The position numbers and the translations under genes are program-made. The notes beneath the pieces were generated by a model. It was not told the origin of the DNA, did no database searches, and saw only the letters and a list, made by a program, of their open reading frames with translations. From Candidatus Nanopelagicales bacterium (GTDB lineage Bacteria > Actinomycetota > Actinomycetes > S36-B12), in contig JBIJBU010000002.1 of NCBI GenBank assembly GCA_044345075.1, positions 1 to 53,473 on the forward strand: a stretch of 53,473 nucleotides of DNA. The letters are read 5' to 3'. Every line of letters begins with the position of its first letter. Position 1 is the first letter of the stretch. Shown here piece after piece: positions 42,691 to 51,626 of this stretch.

Positions 42691-43937
42691 GACACGACCT
42701 TGGAGTATTCGGCCTCGAACTCGTCATACGACGGGCTGATGACCATGGTGGGCTGGGAGGTTGCCTCAACGGCGTCGAGGGTCTTCAGACCATCGCCGGT
42801 GTTGAGAAGTACGGTCTCTGCACTGGGGTCGATACGACACTCGCGCAGCAGCTTGCGATACGTGGCGACAACTACGCCGCCCGCTGTTTCCGCGAAGATG
42901 CCCTCGGTGCGAGCGAGCAGCTTGATGCCCTCGACGACCTCTTCGTCACTGACATCACCGATGGCGCCGTTCGTGCGGCGCACCACATCGAGGGCGTACG
43001 GGCCGTCTGCCGGGTTTCCGATCGCCAGCGACTTCGCGATCGTGTCGGGCTTCACCGGACGAATGACATCCTGACCCGAGTTGAAGGCAGTAGAAACAGG
43101 CGAACAACCCGTGGCCTGAGCGCCGTAGATCGCGTAGGGGTGATCGTCGACGAGCCCGAGATCGATGAACTCGCGGAAGGCCTTGTCGACCTTGGTAAGC
43201 AGCGAGCCGGATGCCACCGGTGACACGACAGCATCGGGCAGGCGCCAGCCGAGCTGCTCGGCAACCTCGTAGCCCACGGTCTTGCTGCCTTCTGCGTAGT
43301 ACGGGCGCAGGTTCACGTTGACGAAGCCCCAGTTGCGCGAGGCAGCGACCTCAGTGCACAGGCGATTGACGTCGTCGTAGTTTCCGCCGATCGCTACCAG
43401 GATTCCGCCGTAGACAGCGGTGGTCACGATCTTGCCTGCCTCCAGATTCGAGGGCACGAAGACGACTGATTTAAGACCTGCGCGTGCACCGGCAGCGGCC
43501 ACGGCATTGGCCAGATTTCCGGTCGAGGCGCATGCAATGGTTTCGAAGCCGAGTCGACGGGCATTCTCGAGAGCGACCGCGACCACGCGATCCTTGAAGG
43601 AGTGGGTCGGGTTGCCTGAGTCGTCCTTCACCCACAAGGTCTTCACGCCGAGTTCACGGGCAAGATTGTCGGCGCGGACGAGCTTGGTGAAGCCGGCCTG
43701 AAGGCCCGGGCGCGCATCAGCGCCGGGCACGACGGGCAGCAGTGCTTCGTAACGCCACATGGAGTTCGGCCCGCTCTCGATCTGCTCGCGGGTGACATTG
43801 CCGAGCTCATAGGCCACCTCGAGGGGGCCGAAGCACTCGTAACAGGCGTAGCTCGCATCGAGCGGGTAACGAGTTGCGCACTCGCGACACTTGAGCGCGA
43901 TGGCAGAGCCAATGGCAGGGGATGCAGAAACAGTCAT
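42687..43937 (-). CDS. threonine-synthase homologue with N-terminal Cys4 zinc ribbon (MetM-like candidate)
   Basis: CRECATRYPLDASYACYECFGPLEV, the PLP lysine in NPTHSFKDR, ASTGNLANA, and the ThrC-type C-terminal half. ATG 43937 is preferred (GAGAGG 7 nt upstream); ATG 43961 is an alternative. Confidence 0.8.
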   Translation of the reverse strand: MTVSASPAIGSAIALKCRECATRYPLDASYACYECFGPLEVAYELGNVTREQIESGPNSMWRYEALLPVVPGADARPGLQAGFTKLVRADNLARELGVKTLWVKDDSGNPTHSFKDRVVAVALENARRLGFETIACASTGNLANAVAAAGARAGLKSVVFVPSNLEAGKIVTTAVYGGILVAIGGNYDDVNRLCTEVAASRNWGFVNVNLRPYYAEGSKTVGYEVAEQLGWRLPDAVVSPVASGSLLTKVDKAFREFIDLGLVDDHPYAIYGAQATGCSPVSTAFNSGQDVIRPVKPDTIAKSLAIGNPADGPYALDVVRRTNGAIGDVSDEEVVEGIKLLARTEGIFAETAGGVVVATYRKLLRECRIDPSAETVLLNTGDGLKTLDAVEATSQPTMVISPSYDEFEAEYSKVVS

Positions 43938-43956
43938 GACGAGGCCTCTCTCTTTG

Positions 43957-44088
43957 CTCATCTGTCCTGGTTGTCAGGTCGGAGTTGGCACCGAAATCCA
44001 GCGGCCTCGGAGATGGGATCTCGTCGATTAATGCTGGGTAGGTTGCCGGGGCTTCAACGGGCCGTTTCCCTCTGCCCCTCTTGATGAG
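43957..44088 (-). promoter_or_regulatory. SAM-I (S-box) riboswitch
   Basis: The minus strand reads CCUCAUCAAGAGGGGCAGAGGGAAACGGCCCGUUGAAGCCCCGGCAACC...GCUGGAUUUCGGUGCCAACUCCGACCUGACAACCAGGACAGAUGAG. This matches the S-box core (AUCAAGAG, GAGGGA, GGCCC, UGAAGCCCCGGCAACC, GGUGCCAA.UCC), and P1 closes as CUCAUC/GAUGAG. Confidence 0.85.
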
Positions 44089-44106
44089 GTATTCAGTTAT
44101 GGGCAA

Positions 44107-44136
44107 AACATAACGTGCAGTACTTCAGTGCGACAA
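44107..44136 (-). promoter_or_regulatory. candidate promoter of the riboswitch operon
   Basis: On the minus strand: TTGTCG (44136-44131), an 18-nt spacer, TATGTT (44112-44107), about 20 nt before riboswitch P1. Confidence 0.35.
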
Positions 44137-44148
44137 ATCGACTCGGGT

Positions 44149-44388
44149 TCAGCGGCGACGCAGCAACTTGATGGCCACGACTCCGACCACGATTCCACCG
44201 ACAATGGCCGCGCGCTTGACGTTCACGCCACCCTCGGGGGTGGTGAAGAATCCGGTAACCGCACGCTTACCGCGTGCCGCAATGGCGCCGGGGCTCGTCT
44301 GGGCCTTCAGCGCGGCAATGCTGGCCGCGAGCTCCTCGCGGGCAGCCGCAAGCTCAGCCTGCAGGTCGACGGTGCTGGGATCACTCAC
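44149..44388 (-). CDS. small membrane-anchored protein (DUF3618-like)
   Basis: 79 aa, with an N-terminal coiled segment LQAELAAAREELAASIAALKAQ and a C-terminal TM IVGGIVVGVVAIKLLRRR. Confidence 0.55.
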   Translation of the reverse strand: MSDPSTVDLQAELAAAREELAASIAALKAQTSPGAIAARGKRAVTGFFTTPEGGVNVKRAAIVGGIVVGVVAIKLLRRR

Positions 44389-44488
44389 GGCGCCAGCCTA
44401 CGGCACGAACACGACCCCTCAGTTCTGCGGGATTCAGGCTTATTGCATATGATTCGCAGGTAGTTCAAATACCACTTAGGAGAACCGC

Positions 44489-45490
44489 ATGCGAATTCGC
44501 CCTGCCCTGGCAGCCTTCGTCGTCCTTCCGCTGGCCCTGGCCGCCTGCAGCTCTTCCGGCTCGGCCTCTTCCTCGGAAAGCAGCGGCTTGTTGGTCGCCA
44601 CCACGGTCTCCCCGATCACCTCGATCGCCGCCAGCATCGCCGGCGACAAGGCCCGCGTCGAGGGAATCGTCCCTGAAGGCACAAACAGTCACACCTTCGA
44701 GCCGGAACCCTCGGTGGCCAAGCTGCTCAGTGACGCCGACATCGTCTTCGTCAACGGCCTCAAGCTCGAGGACCCGACCATGCAGCTCGCAGAAGCCAAC
44801 ATGAAGTCGGGTGCAGATCTCATCGAGATCGGCACCACAGTGCTTCCTGAGTCCGACTACCTCTACGACTTCTCCTTCCCGAAGGAGGAGGGCAAGCCGA
44901 ATCCGCATCTATGGACTGACCCGCTCTACGCGATCAAGTACGCCGCTGTCATTCGCGACGAGCTCTCGAAGAAGGATCCGACGAACGCGGCGTACTACTC
45001 GGCGAACTACGACGCCTTCGCTGCGCAGGCCACCGCACTCGCTGATGCGCTGCGCGCTGACCAGGTCACCGTGCCGAACGGCGGCCTGAAGCTGCTCACC
45101 TACCACGATGCCTACGCCTACTTCGCCAAGAACTTCGGCTGGCAGGTCATCGGCGCGCTACAGCCGAGCAGCTTCGACGATCCGAGCCCTGCTGAACTGG
45201 CGTCACTCATCGATCAGGTCAAGGCGCAGAAGGTGCCGGTCATTTTCGGCTCTGAGGTCTTCCCCTCCAAGATTCTCGAGGAGATCGGCAAGGCCACGGG
45301 CGCCCGCTATGAGAACTCACTGCGCGATGACGATCTTCCCGGCGCACCCGGCGATGCCAATCACTCCTGGCTGGGCTTGATGAAGTACAACTACATCACC
45401 ATGATCACCGGGCTGGGTGGCACCGCGACTAACCTCGAGGCGCTCGACATCACGTCGTCGGTGAAGGATTCGGCGGTCTACCCGCAGTGA
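44489..45490 (+). CDS. metal (Mn/Zn/Fe, cluster A-I) ABC transporter substrate-binding lipoprotein
   Basis: Lipobox LALAACSS. ZnuA/TroA/PsaA-type motifs NSHTFEP, NPHLWTD, LLTYHDAYAYF. No His-rich loop. Confidence 0.85.
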   Translation: MRIRPALAAFVVLPLALAACSSSGSASSSESSGLLVATTVSPITSIAASIAGDKARVEGIVPEGTNSHTFEPEPSVAKLLSDADIVFVNGLKLEDPTMQLAEANMKSGADLIEIGTTVLPESDYLYDFSFPKEEGKPNPHLWTDPLYAIKYAAVIRDELSKKDPTNAAYYSANYDAFAAQATALADALRADQVTVPNGGLKLLTYHDAYAYFAKNFGWQVIGALQPSSFDDPSPAELASLIDQVKAQKVPVIFGSEVFPSKILEEIGKATGARYENSLRDDDLPGAPGDANHSWLGLMKYNYITMITGLGGTATNLEALDITSSVKDSAVYPQ

Positions 45491-46302
45491 CCGGAACCGG
45501 AGTCGGCGAGATCCTGCTCAGCCTCAACCACGTATCTGCGCGCTATGACAAGCAGATCGTGCTGAGCCATGTCGACATCCATGTTCACGAGGATCAATTC
45601 ACCGGCATCGTCGGCCCGTCTGGTGCTGGAAAGACCACCTTGCTGCGCCTGCTCCTGGGCACGCTCAAGCCCTGCGAGGGCTCGGTTACCACTGAACCGG
45701 GTTTGCGGGTCGCCTACGTTCCGCAGCTTGAGACTGTCGACTGGAACTTCCCGATCACGGTGTTCGAGTGCGTCTTGATGTCTCGCACACGCGGACGTCG
45801 CCTGCCTTGGGCCAGTGGCGCGGAGCGAGCTCGAGTGATGAGCGTGCTTGATCGCCTCGGTATTGCCGATCTTTCGCAACGTCACATCCGCGAGCTCTCC
45901 GGCGGGCAACAGCAGCGCATGTTCCTCGCTCGCGCATTGCTGCGCGATCCGCAACTGCTGTTGCTCGATGAGCCGACGAGCGGCGTTGACGTCTCTACCC
46001 GCCACGACATCCTGCATCTGCTCGGCGACCTGCACGAAGACGGCGTGGCGATCGTCCTGACCACTCACGATCTCAACGGCATGGCCGCCCATCTGCCTCA
46101 TATCGTCTGCGTCAACTCCCGCATCGTGGCTGACGGCTCACCCGCCGAGGTGATCACGCCCGATGTTCTCGAGGAAACCTTCGGGGCTCGCATGGAAGTC
46201 CTCGAGCATCTCGGCATGCTGGTCGTTGTTGATGGCGCTCCCGTCGTTCGGACAGACCAAATTCTCGCTCCGGCTCGCCCTTCCTTCCCGGAGAACATCT
46301 GA
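45487..46302 (+). CDS. metal ABC transporter ATP-binding protein
   Basis: Walker A GPSGAGKTT, signature LSGGQQQR, Walker B LLLLDEP. GTGA overlap with the SBP gene. Confidence 0.9.
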   Translation: MTGTGVGEILLSLNHVSARYDKQIVLSHVDIHVHEDQFTGIVGPSGAGKTTLLRLLLGTLKPCEGSVTTEPGLRVAYVPQLETVDWNFPITVFECVLMSRTRGRRLPWASGAERARVMSVLDRLGIADLSQRHIRELSGGQQQRMFLARALLRDPQLLLLDEPTSGVDVSTRHDILHLLGDLHEDGVAIVLTTHDLNGMAAHLPHIVCVNSRIVADGSPAEVITPDVLEETFGARMEVLEHLGMLVVVDGAPVVRTDQILAPARPSFPENI

Positions 46303-47183
46303 TGGATGCCCTTCTCGAGCCCCTCTCCTATGCCTTCTTCAACAAGGGCCTGATCGTCGCTACCTTGTCGGGTGCTCTCCTCGGTTTCATCGGCGTCTTC
46401 ATCGTGCTGCGAGGCATGAGCTACATCGGCCATGGCCTCTCGCACTCGATCTTCGGCGGATTCGCCGCCTCCCAGCTCTTTGCCGCGCAGTTCTACATGC
46501 TCGGCGCTGGCCTGTGGGGCGTGGCCTCAGCGATCGCCATCACTACCGTCGCCCGTAAGGGCCGGGTGGGCGCAGATGCTGCGATCGGCGTCATCACGAC
46601 CGCGTCTTTCGCCCTCGGCGTCGCCCTCTTCGCGAAGTTCGGTACCAGCGGGCCATCTTTCGAGAATGCACTCTTCGGCAGCATCCTCGGAATCAGCGTG
46701 GAGCAAATCATCGGCCTCGTCGCGATCAGCATCCTGGCGGCACTGTTCGTTTTCCTGCGCTACCGCGCGCTGATCTTCTCGACCTTCGACCCCGACGTAG
46801 CCGATGTTTCCGGCGTTCGCGTCGCACGTCTTGAGGCGATGCTGATGATCGTGCTGTCGCTGTCGATTCTCGCCACGCTCACCGTGATCGGCGTGACTCT
46901 TGTCGCGGCAATGCTGGTCATCCCCGCAGTGGTCGGCCGAATGCTCACTGACTCCTTCGGCAAGATGCTCGCCTGGAGCACCGTCATCGGCCTGTTCTGC
47001 GGCTTCGTCGGCATGTATGCCAGCTACTACGCGGGCGTTCCCTCCGGCACGATGATCGTGCTGGTCGGCGCCGCGATCTTCGTTATCGTTCTCGCCATCA
47101 CCGGCGGACGCGGTCTGCGTCGTTCCGCCGGACTCGACAAGCATCACGACGTAGCCGAACTAGCCCCGGTGGTGAACAGATGA
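46302..47183 (+). CDS. metal ABC transporter permease (ABC-3 family)
   Basis: 293 aa, 8-9 TM, with the ZnuB/MntC-like pattern. Confidence 0.85.
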   Translation: MDALLEPLSYAFFNKGLIVATLSGALLGFIGVFIVLRGMSYIGHGLSHSIFGGFAASQLFAAQFYMLGAGLWGVASAIAITTVARKGRVGADAAIGVITTASFALGVALFAKFGTSGPSFENALFGSILGISVEQIIGLVAISILAALFVFLRYRALIFSTFDPDVADVSGVRVARLEAMLMIVLSLSILATLTVIGVTLVAAMLVIPAVVGRMLTDSFGKMLAWSTVIGLFCGFVGMYASYYAGVPSGTMIVLVGAAIFVIVLAITGGRGLRRSAGLDKHHDVAELAPVVNR

Positions 47184-47641
47184 GACTCGAACCCGGCGAT
47201 AAGGCCCCTGCCTTCGCACTCCTCGACGACACGGGCAAGACCGTGAAGCTCTCCGACTTCAAGGGCAAGAGCGTGCTGCTTTACGCCTACCCCGCAGCGA
47301 TGACACCCGGCTGCACCAAGCAGGCCTGCGATTTCCGGGACAATCTCAAGGCATTCGCCAAGCACGACCTCGTCGTCATCGGGATCTCCCCCGACAAGCC
47401 CGAGAAGCTCGCCAAGTTCCGCGAGCACGACGATCTGACCTTCACCCTGCTCAGTGATCCTGACAAGTCAGTGCTCGCCTCCTACGGGGCCTTCGGCGAG
47501 AAGATGATGTACGGCAAGACCGTCACGGGCGTGATCCGTTCGACCTTCGTCATCGACCCCAAGGGCAAAATCGAGCACGCGTTCTACAACGTCAAGGCCA
47601 CCGGCCACGTCGCCAAGCTCATGCGCGACCTGGACATCTAA
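47180..47641 (+). CDS. bcp: thiol peroxidase Bcp (peroxiredoxin)
   Basis: LLYAYPAAMTPGCTKQACDFRD. ATGA overlap with the permease stop. Confidence 0.88.
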   Translation: MRLEPGDKAPAFALLDDTGKTVKLSDFKGKSVLLYAYPAAMTPGCTKQACDFRDNLKAFAKHDLVVIGISPDKPEKLAKFREHDDLTFTLLSDPDKSVLASYGAFGEKMMYGKTVTGVIRSTFVIDPKGKIEHAFYNVKATGHVAKLMRDLDI

Positions 47642-47677
47642 CCTTCCCCGCGTCCTGACGTAGACTGCTGCCCGCAA

Positions 47678-47759
47678 GCGGGTGTGGTGGAATTGGCATA
47701 CACGCGGCGTTTAGGTCGCCGTTCCGAAAGGATTAGGGGTTCGAGTCCCCTCACCCGTA
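47678..47759 (+). tRNA. tRNA-Leu (anticodon TAG)
   Basis: Acceptor GCGGGTG/CACCCGT (G1.U72), anticodon arm CGGCG-TTTAGGT-CGCCG, long variable arm TCCGAAAGGA, T loop TTCGAGT. No CCA. Confidence 0.85.
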
Positions 47760-47760
47760 C

Positions 47761-48870
47761 TTAGCGCAACACGTCGATGAACAGCGCTTCCCAGCGGTCA
47801 AGAATCTGGTCGGGCAGCAGTTCGCGAGCGGCCATCCGCCCCCCTGAACCGAGCTTGACTCGAAGTTCGTGGGATTCCATCGCAGTGTTGAGCGCTCGAC
47901 CGAGTGATCCGGCATCACCGCGAGCAGCCAGGAGTCCGGTCACGCCTTCCTTCAGCAGAGCTCGAACACCCGCTGAGCAATCCGTGGCGACCACAGGCAC
48001 CCCACAGGCCATTGCCTCGGCAAGCACCAACGGGAAACCTTCGACCAGCGAGGGCAGCACGACGAGATCACTGCCCAGAAGCACTCGCTGCGGATCCGAG
48101 ACAGGGGCATGGAAGGAAATCCGCTCCGCGCCGTCGGGCAGTCGATCCACCATCGCGCGCACGGCGGGCTCGTCCGGGCCATCGCCGATGATCTGCAGAG
48201 TCCAGTCGGGATGCGAGGCAGCGATGCGGCCCCACGCCTCTGCCAGGAACTGCGGGCCCTTCTCGACCGAGAGTCGGCCGAGATACGTGAGCGTGTTTGT
48301 CGCGAGGGCTGCCGGCCGATCGGGGAAGAAACTCACGGCATTCGGGATCGCGCAGGTGTTATTGAGCCCCGCCCGCCTGAAGCACTGAGCGTCCTCATCA
48401 GTCAGCAGCGCGAAGGCATCGATATCTGCGTATGCAGAGCGGAGCCGTTCGAGTTCAGGTCCGGTCGCTGCTGCTTCGAATGACGAGTGGTACTGACCAA
48501 TCACTCGCCAGCCGCGGTGCTCGACCTCAGCCAGGTGCTCCATTGCCCACACCTGAGTGGTGATCACAATGCCGGGAGGTCCGTCACGCAGGAGTTCGTC
48601 CAGGCGCGCGCAGCACAGCTCGCGCAAGCGCTCGCGACCTGCTTCGTCCTCGCGCACTGGCTGTGGGCGATCACCGAGCACGTGCGTGCGATATGCCGGT
48701 TCGGCGATGAACTGATGTCGCGGCTCGAACGGGACGATGCCGGCCAGGTCGACGTCATAGCCGCGAAGTGACAGGCCCTGCGCAAGGGAGTGCGCCACTC
48801 GCTGTGCACCGCCGACACCATCAATGTCGTTGGCGAGAATCACGATTCGTTGCCCCATGGAATGGCTCAT
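47761..48870 (-). CDS. GT4-family glycosyltransferase
   Basis: IVILANDIDGVGGAQRV and the C-terminal EGFPLVLAEAMACGVPVVATD (E-x7-E). Confidence 0.85.
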   Translation of the reverse strand: MSHSMGQRIVILANDIDGVGGAQRVAHSLAQGLSLRGYDVDLAGIVPFEPRHQFIAEPAYRTHVLGDRPQPVREDEAGRERLRELCCARLDELLRDGPPGIVITTQVWAMEHLAEVEHRGWRVIGQYHSSFEAAATGPELERLRSAYADIDAFALLTDEDAQCFRRAGLNNTCAIPNAVSFFPDRPAALATNTLTYLGRLSVEKGPQFLAEAWGRIAASHPDWTLQIIGDGPDEPAVRAMVDRLPDGAERISFHAPVSDPQRVLLGSDLVVLPSLVEGFPLVLAEAMACGVPVVATDCSAGVRALLKEGVTGLLAARGDAGSLGRALNTAMESHELRVKLGSGGRMAARELLPDQILDRWEALFIDVLR

Positions 48871-51626
48871 CGCATCCCCCGCAGCAGCTCAACTGCTCGA
48901 TAGGCGCTCGTTCCGTCAAGCTCACCTGCGAACATCGAGACAAAGTCTCGGTGGCCGCCCGGATCGGTATCGAAGCCCCCGGTCGGAGTCGCCTCGATCA
49001 AGGTCTGCACCCACGCAGCCAGTTCATCGGTATTGCGAAGAAGGGGGCCGGGCCCGCTTGTCGCAAGATCGAGGTAGAGGCCCACGGAGCGTCGGGTGAA
49101 TCTCTCGAAATCGGGTACGAAGAATCCGATCGGGCGACCGAGGCGCGCAAAGTCGAAGGTCACGGCCGAGTAATCGGTGAGGAGCGCATCGGCTGCCGCC
49201 AGATACGAAGCGAAATCACCCTCAGCGGAGATGTCTCGAATTCCGTTGGCCCATCGCGCAGGGACTACCAAGGGATCTGCAGGATGCGAGCGCACCAGCA
49301 GATACGCAGAGTTGCCGAAGTCACGCCACCACGCGGCAAGGTCAAGACGCATCTCGTCAGTCGTACGGGCAGTCGGCGCATACACGATCACCGGTCGATC
49401 AAGTGGAAGGTCGAGCACGTCGCGCAGGAGTCGATCAGAACTGGAACGCATGATCGCGTCACCCACGGGCGAGCAATTCTCGATGAGCGGGCCGGTGAAT
49501 TCGATCGCCTGCGCGGTTGTCTCCGAGAAGAACTCTGACGGAGATAGCAGTGCATCCCAACGTTCTCGGTTCGTCGGTCGCGGTAGACGCACTCGCAGAG
49601 AAAGCAGGGGCCAGTCCGGCGCATCAGCGCCGACCCGCTTGAGTGCGATGCCGTGCCATGTCTGCAGGTACTTCGTGCGTCGACTCTTGCGAATGCTCGT
49701 ATCGATGCCGAAGTCGTCAATCCAGTACCCGGCTCGTGCAATTCGCCAAGCACCGCGAACAGTGCTTGGGTCGACGTGCGTCAGCCAGTCGAGACCGGTG
49801 ATCGCAGCGCGGGAGCCGAGCCAGCGCAGGCGCGCATTGGACTCCTCAGCGTGCAGGTACTCGGCAATAGCCCTCGGATGCCCGGTGAGCTGACGGCCAT
49901 GATCGCTGGCGATCACGAATGCTCGACGATCGGGCAGGTACTCCCCCATCCTTCGAGCAACCTTGGGAAGCGTGATGTGCGTGAACCGCTGCCAGCGCGC
50001 CGCGAGTGCACGGGTTCCAGGAATGGCGAACCAGCCCTTGCGCAGGCCCGCCGCCGCAAGCCCCAGCACCGATCGCCGAATAAGGCGCCATCCCACGATG
50101 CCCTGGCCTCGCTCCTCGAGGTGAAGACCCTCCCGGCGAAGTGCAGAGACTCGTATGGACATCGTGGTTCCGGCACGCACCTCGGAAGCACGCACGACTG
50201 AAGTATTCAGGCGATCAGAGAAGGTGAGTTCAATCCCCAGGAAACCCCGGTCGCCGAGTTCAAGGCTTCCGATGGGCTTGAGTCGCTGGGTGGTTGACCA
50301 CTCCCAGTGCACAGGTGTCACCTGCTCGAACTCGACAGGTGCGGCCGCGACGACTCGACCTTCATCGAGGACAACTACTCGTGCTGCGGTGACCTCCGAG
50401 AGTGAGTCGAGGAAGTCCGACGTGGAGCCGTGGAGTCGATCATCGGTGACTGAGGTCAGTTGATGGCAGTAGCGCCGCTGCGTGAGAGGGATGCGTGAGA
50501 GGCCCTGCAGTGTGACGTCGAGCCACCAATCGGTTTCGTGCCCTGCGACCTCGCCAAGCGGATGATCATCCGTGCACACCCAGAGCTCACGTCCGTCGCG
50601 CATATGCACAGTGCCATCAACACTCGCTGCCCAGCGGATGAACCTCATCGCACGGCGAATGCCATCGAGATCATCGATAAGCAGGTGATACAGCGCCACG
50701 CGCAATAGCGGGGCAATGTCCGCCGCGGGGTCAAGGCTCACGTCACCCAGGTACTCGCGCAGTTGATCTGCCACGAGAACAGCGGAGGTGTCATCAGAGT
50801 CCAGGATCACGCTGAGGTAGACGGCTAGATCCTCGTTCAGGAAGCGAAGGGTCGCGGCATACCGATGTTGGGCATCGGGCTGGGCTGCGATGAGCGCGTC
50901 AACCCGGCGGAGAGCCTCGAGCCGATCACCGAGATGTCGGATCAACCAACGCCGGCGACCTGACGTGAGCTCCTCGCCGAGACGATCCACGTGCCGCAGA
51001 TACACGGTCTCGGACACCAATGCGACGTCTTCAGAACCGAGCAGTGCAGCCGAGGCGAAGAGGAAGTCAGCTGTTACCAGTTCGGGATCAAAACTCAGGT
51101 TCAGTTGCTGTAGTCGCTCGCGTCGGTAGAGCCGGCCGTGAGTCGAGGCCTCGGAGAGCAGCGCCGCGCTCTGCGCGAGGGACGATGCACCCTCCGTCTG
51201 GTGGGCCCACTCCTGCACCCTCTGCCTCTTGCCTGACCGCTGCTCGACCAATTCCGTGACACCGGCACTGAGATCAGCGTCCCGCCGCTCAGCTGCAAGA
51301 AGCAAATTCTTGGCTGCATGGATCTCGAGTTCGTCATCACTATCGCAGAACAGCACCCATCCGCCACGAGCCTCGACTAATCCACGATTGCGCGGCGCCG
51401 CGAATCCGCCGGAGTTGCGATCCATCCGGAACACGCGAAATCGCGGATCCTGCTCCGCTACGCGAAGTGCGAACTCGTACGAGCCGTCGGTCGATGCATC
51501 ATCGACGATGACGAACTCAATCGATCCAAGTGTCTGGCGGGAGAGCGAGCGCAGTGCCCTCGGCAGACGGGGCACATCGTTGTGCACCGCCATGATGACC
51601 GTCACATCAGGCGCGGAGCCGCTCAC
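48867..51626 (-). CDS. fusion protein: GT2 glycosyltransferase + central unknown region + TagF-like CDP-glycerol glycerophosphotransferase
   Basis: N-terminus VTVIMAVHNDVPRLPRALRSLSRQT...FVIVDDASTDGS...RNRG. C-terminus YLQTWHGIALKRVG, VRSHP, LLTDYSAVTFDFARLGRP. Confidence 0.8.
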   Translation of the reverse strand: MSGSAPDVTVIMAVHNDVPRLPRALRSLSRQTLGSIEFVIVDDASTDGSYEFALRVAEQDPRFRVFRMDRNSGGFAAPRNRGLVEARGGWVLFCDSDDELEIHAAKNLLLAAERRDADLSAGVTELVEQRSGKRQRVQEWAHQTEGASSLAQSAALLSEASTHGRLYRRERLQQLNLSFDPELVTADFLFASAALLGSEDVALVSETVYLRHVDRLGEELTSGRRRWLIRHLGDRLEALRRVDALIAAQPDAQHRYAATLRFLNEDLAVYLSVILDSDDTSAVLVADQLREYLGDVSLDPAADIAPLLRVALYHLLIDDLDGIRRAMRFIRWAASVDGTVHMRDGRELWVCTDDHPLGEVAGHETDWWLDVTLQGLSRIPLTQRRYCHQLTSVTDDRLHGSTSDFLDSLSEVTAARVVVLDEGRVVAAAPVEFEQVTPVHWEWSTTQRLKPIGSLELGDRGFLGIELTFSDRLNTSVVRASEVRAGTTMSIRVSALRREGLHLEERGQGIVGWRLIRRSVLGLAAAGLRKGWFAIPGTRALAARWQRFTHITLPKVARRMGEYLPDRRAFVIASDHGRQLTGHPRAIAEYLHAEESNARLRWLGSRAAITGLDWLTHVDPSTVRGAWRIARAGYWIDDFGIDTSIRKSRRTKYLQTWHGIALKRVGADAPDWPLLSLRVRLPRPTNRERWDALLSPSEFFSETTAQAIEFTGPLIENCSPVGDAIMRSSSDRLLRDVLDLPLDRPVIVYAPTARTTDEMRLDLAAWWRDFGNSAYLLVRSHPADPLVVPARWANGIRDISAEGDFASYLAAADALLTDYSAVTFDFARLGRPIGFFVPDFERFTRRSVGLYLDLATSGPGPLLRNTDELAAWVQTLIEATPTGGFDTDPGGHRDFVSMFAGELDGTSAYRAVELLRGMR

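Noticed and set aside
44430-44470. Zur/MntR/IdeR operator upstream of the metal ABC operon
   Set aside because: The AT-rich stretch (GATTCAGGCTTATTGCATATGATTCGCAGG) has only weak symmetry. It does not match the metalloregulator boxes I can recall. It needs a matrix search, so it is not called as a feature.
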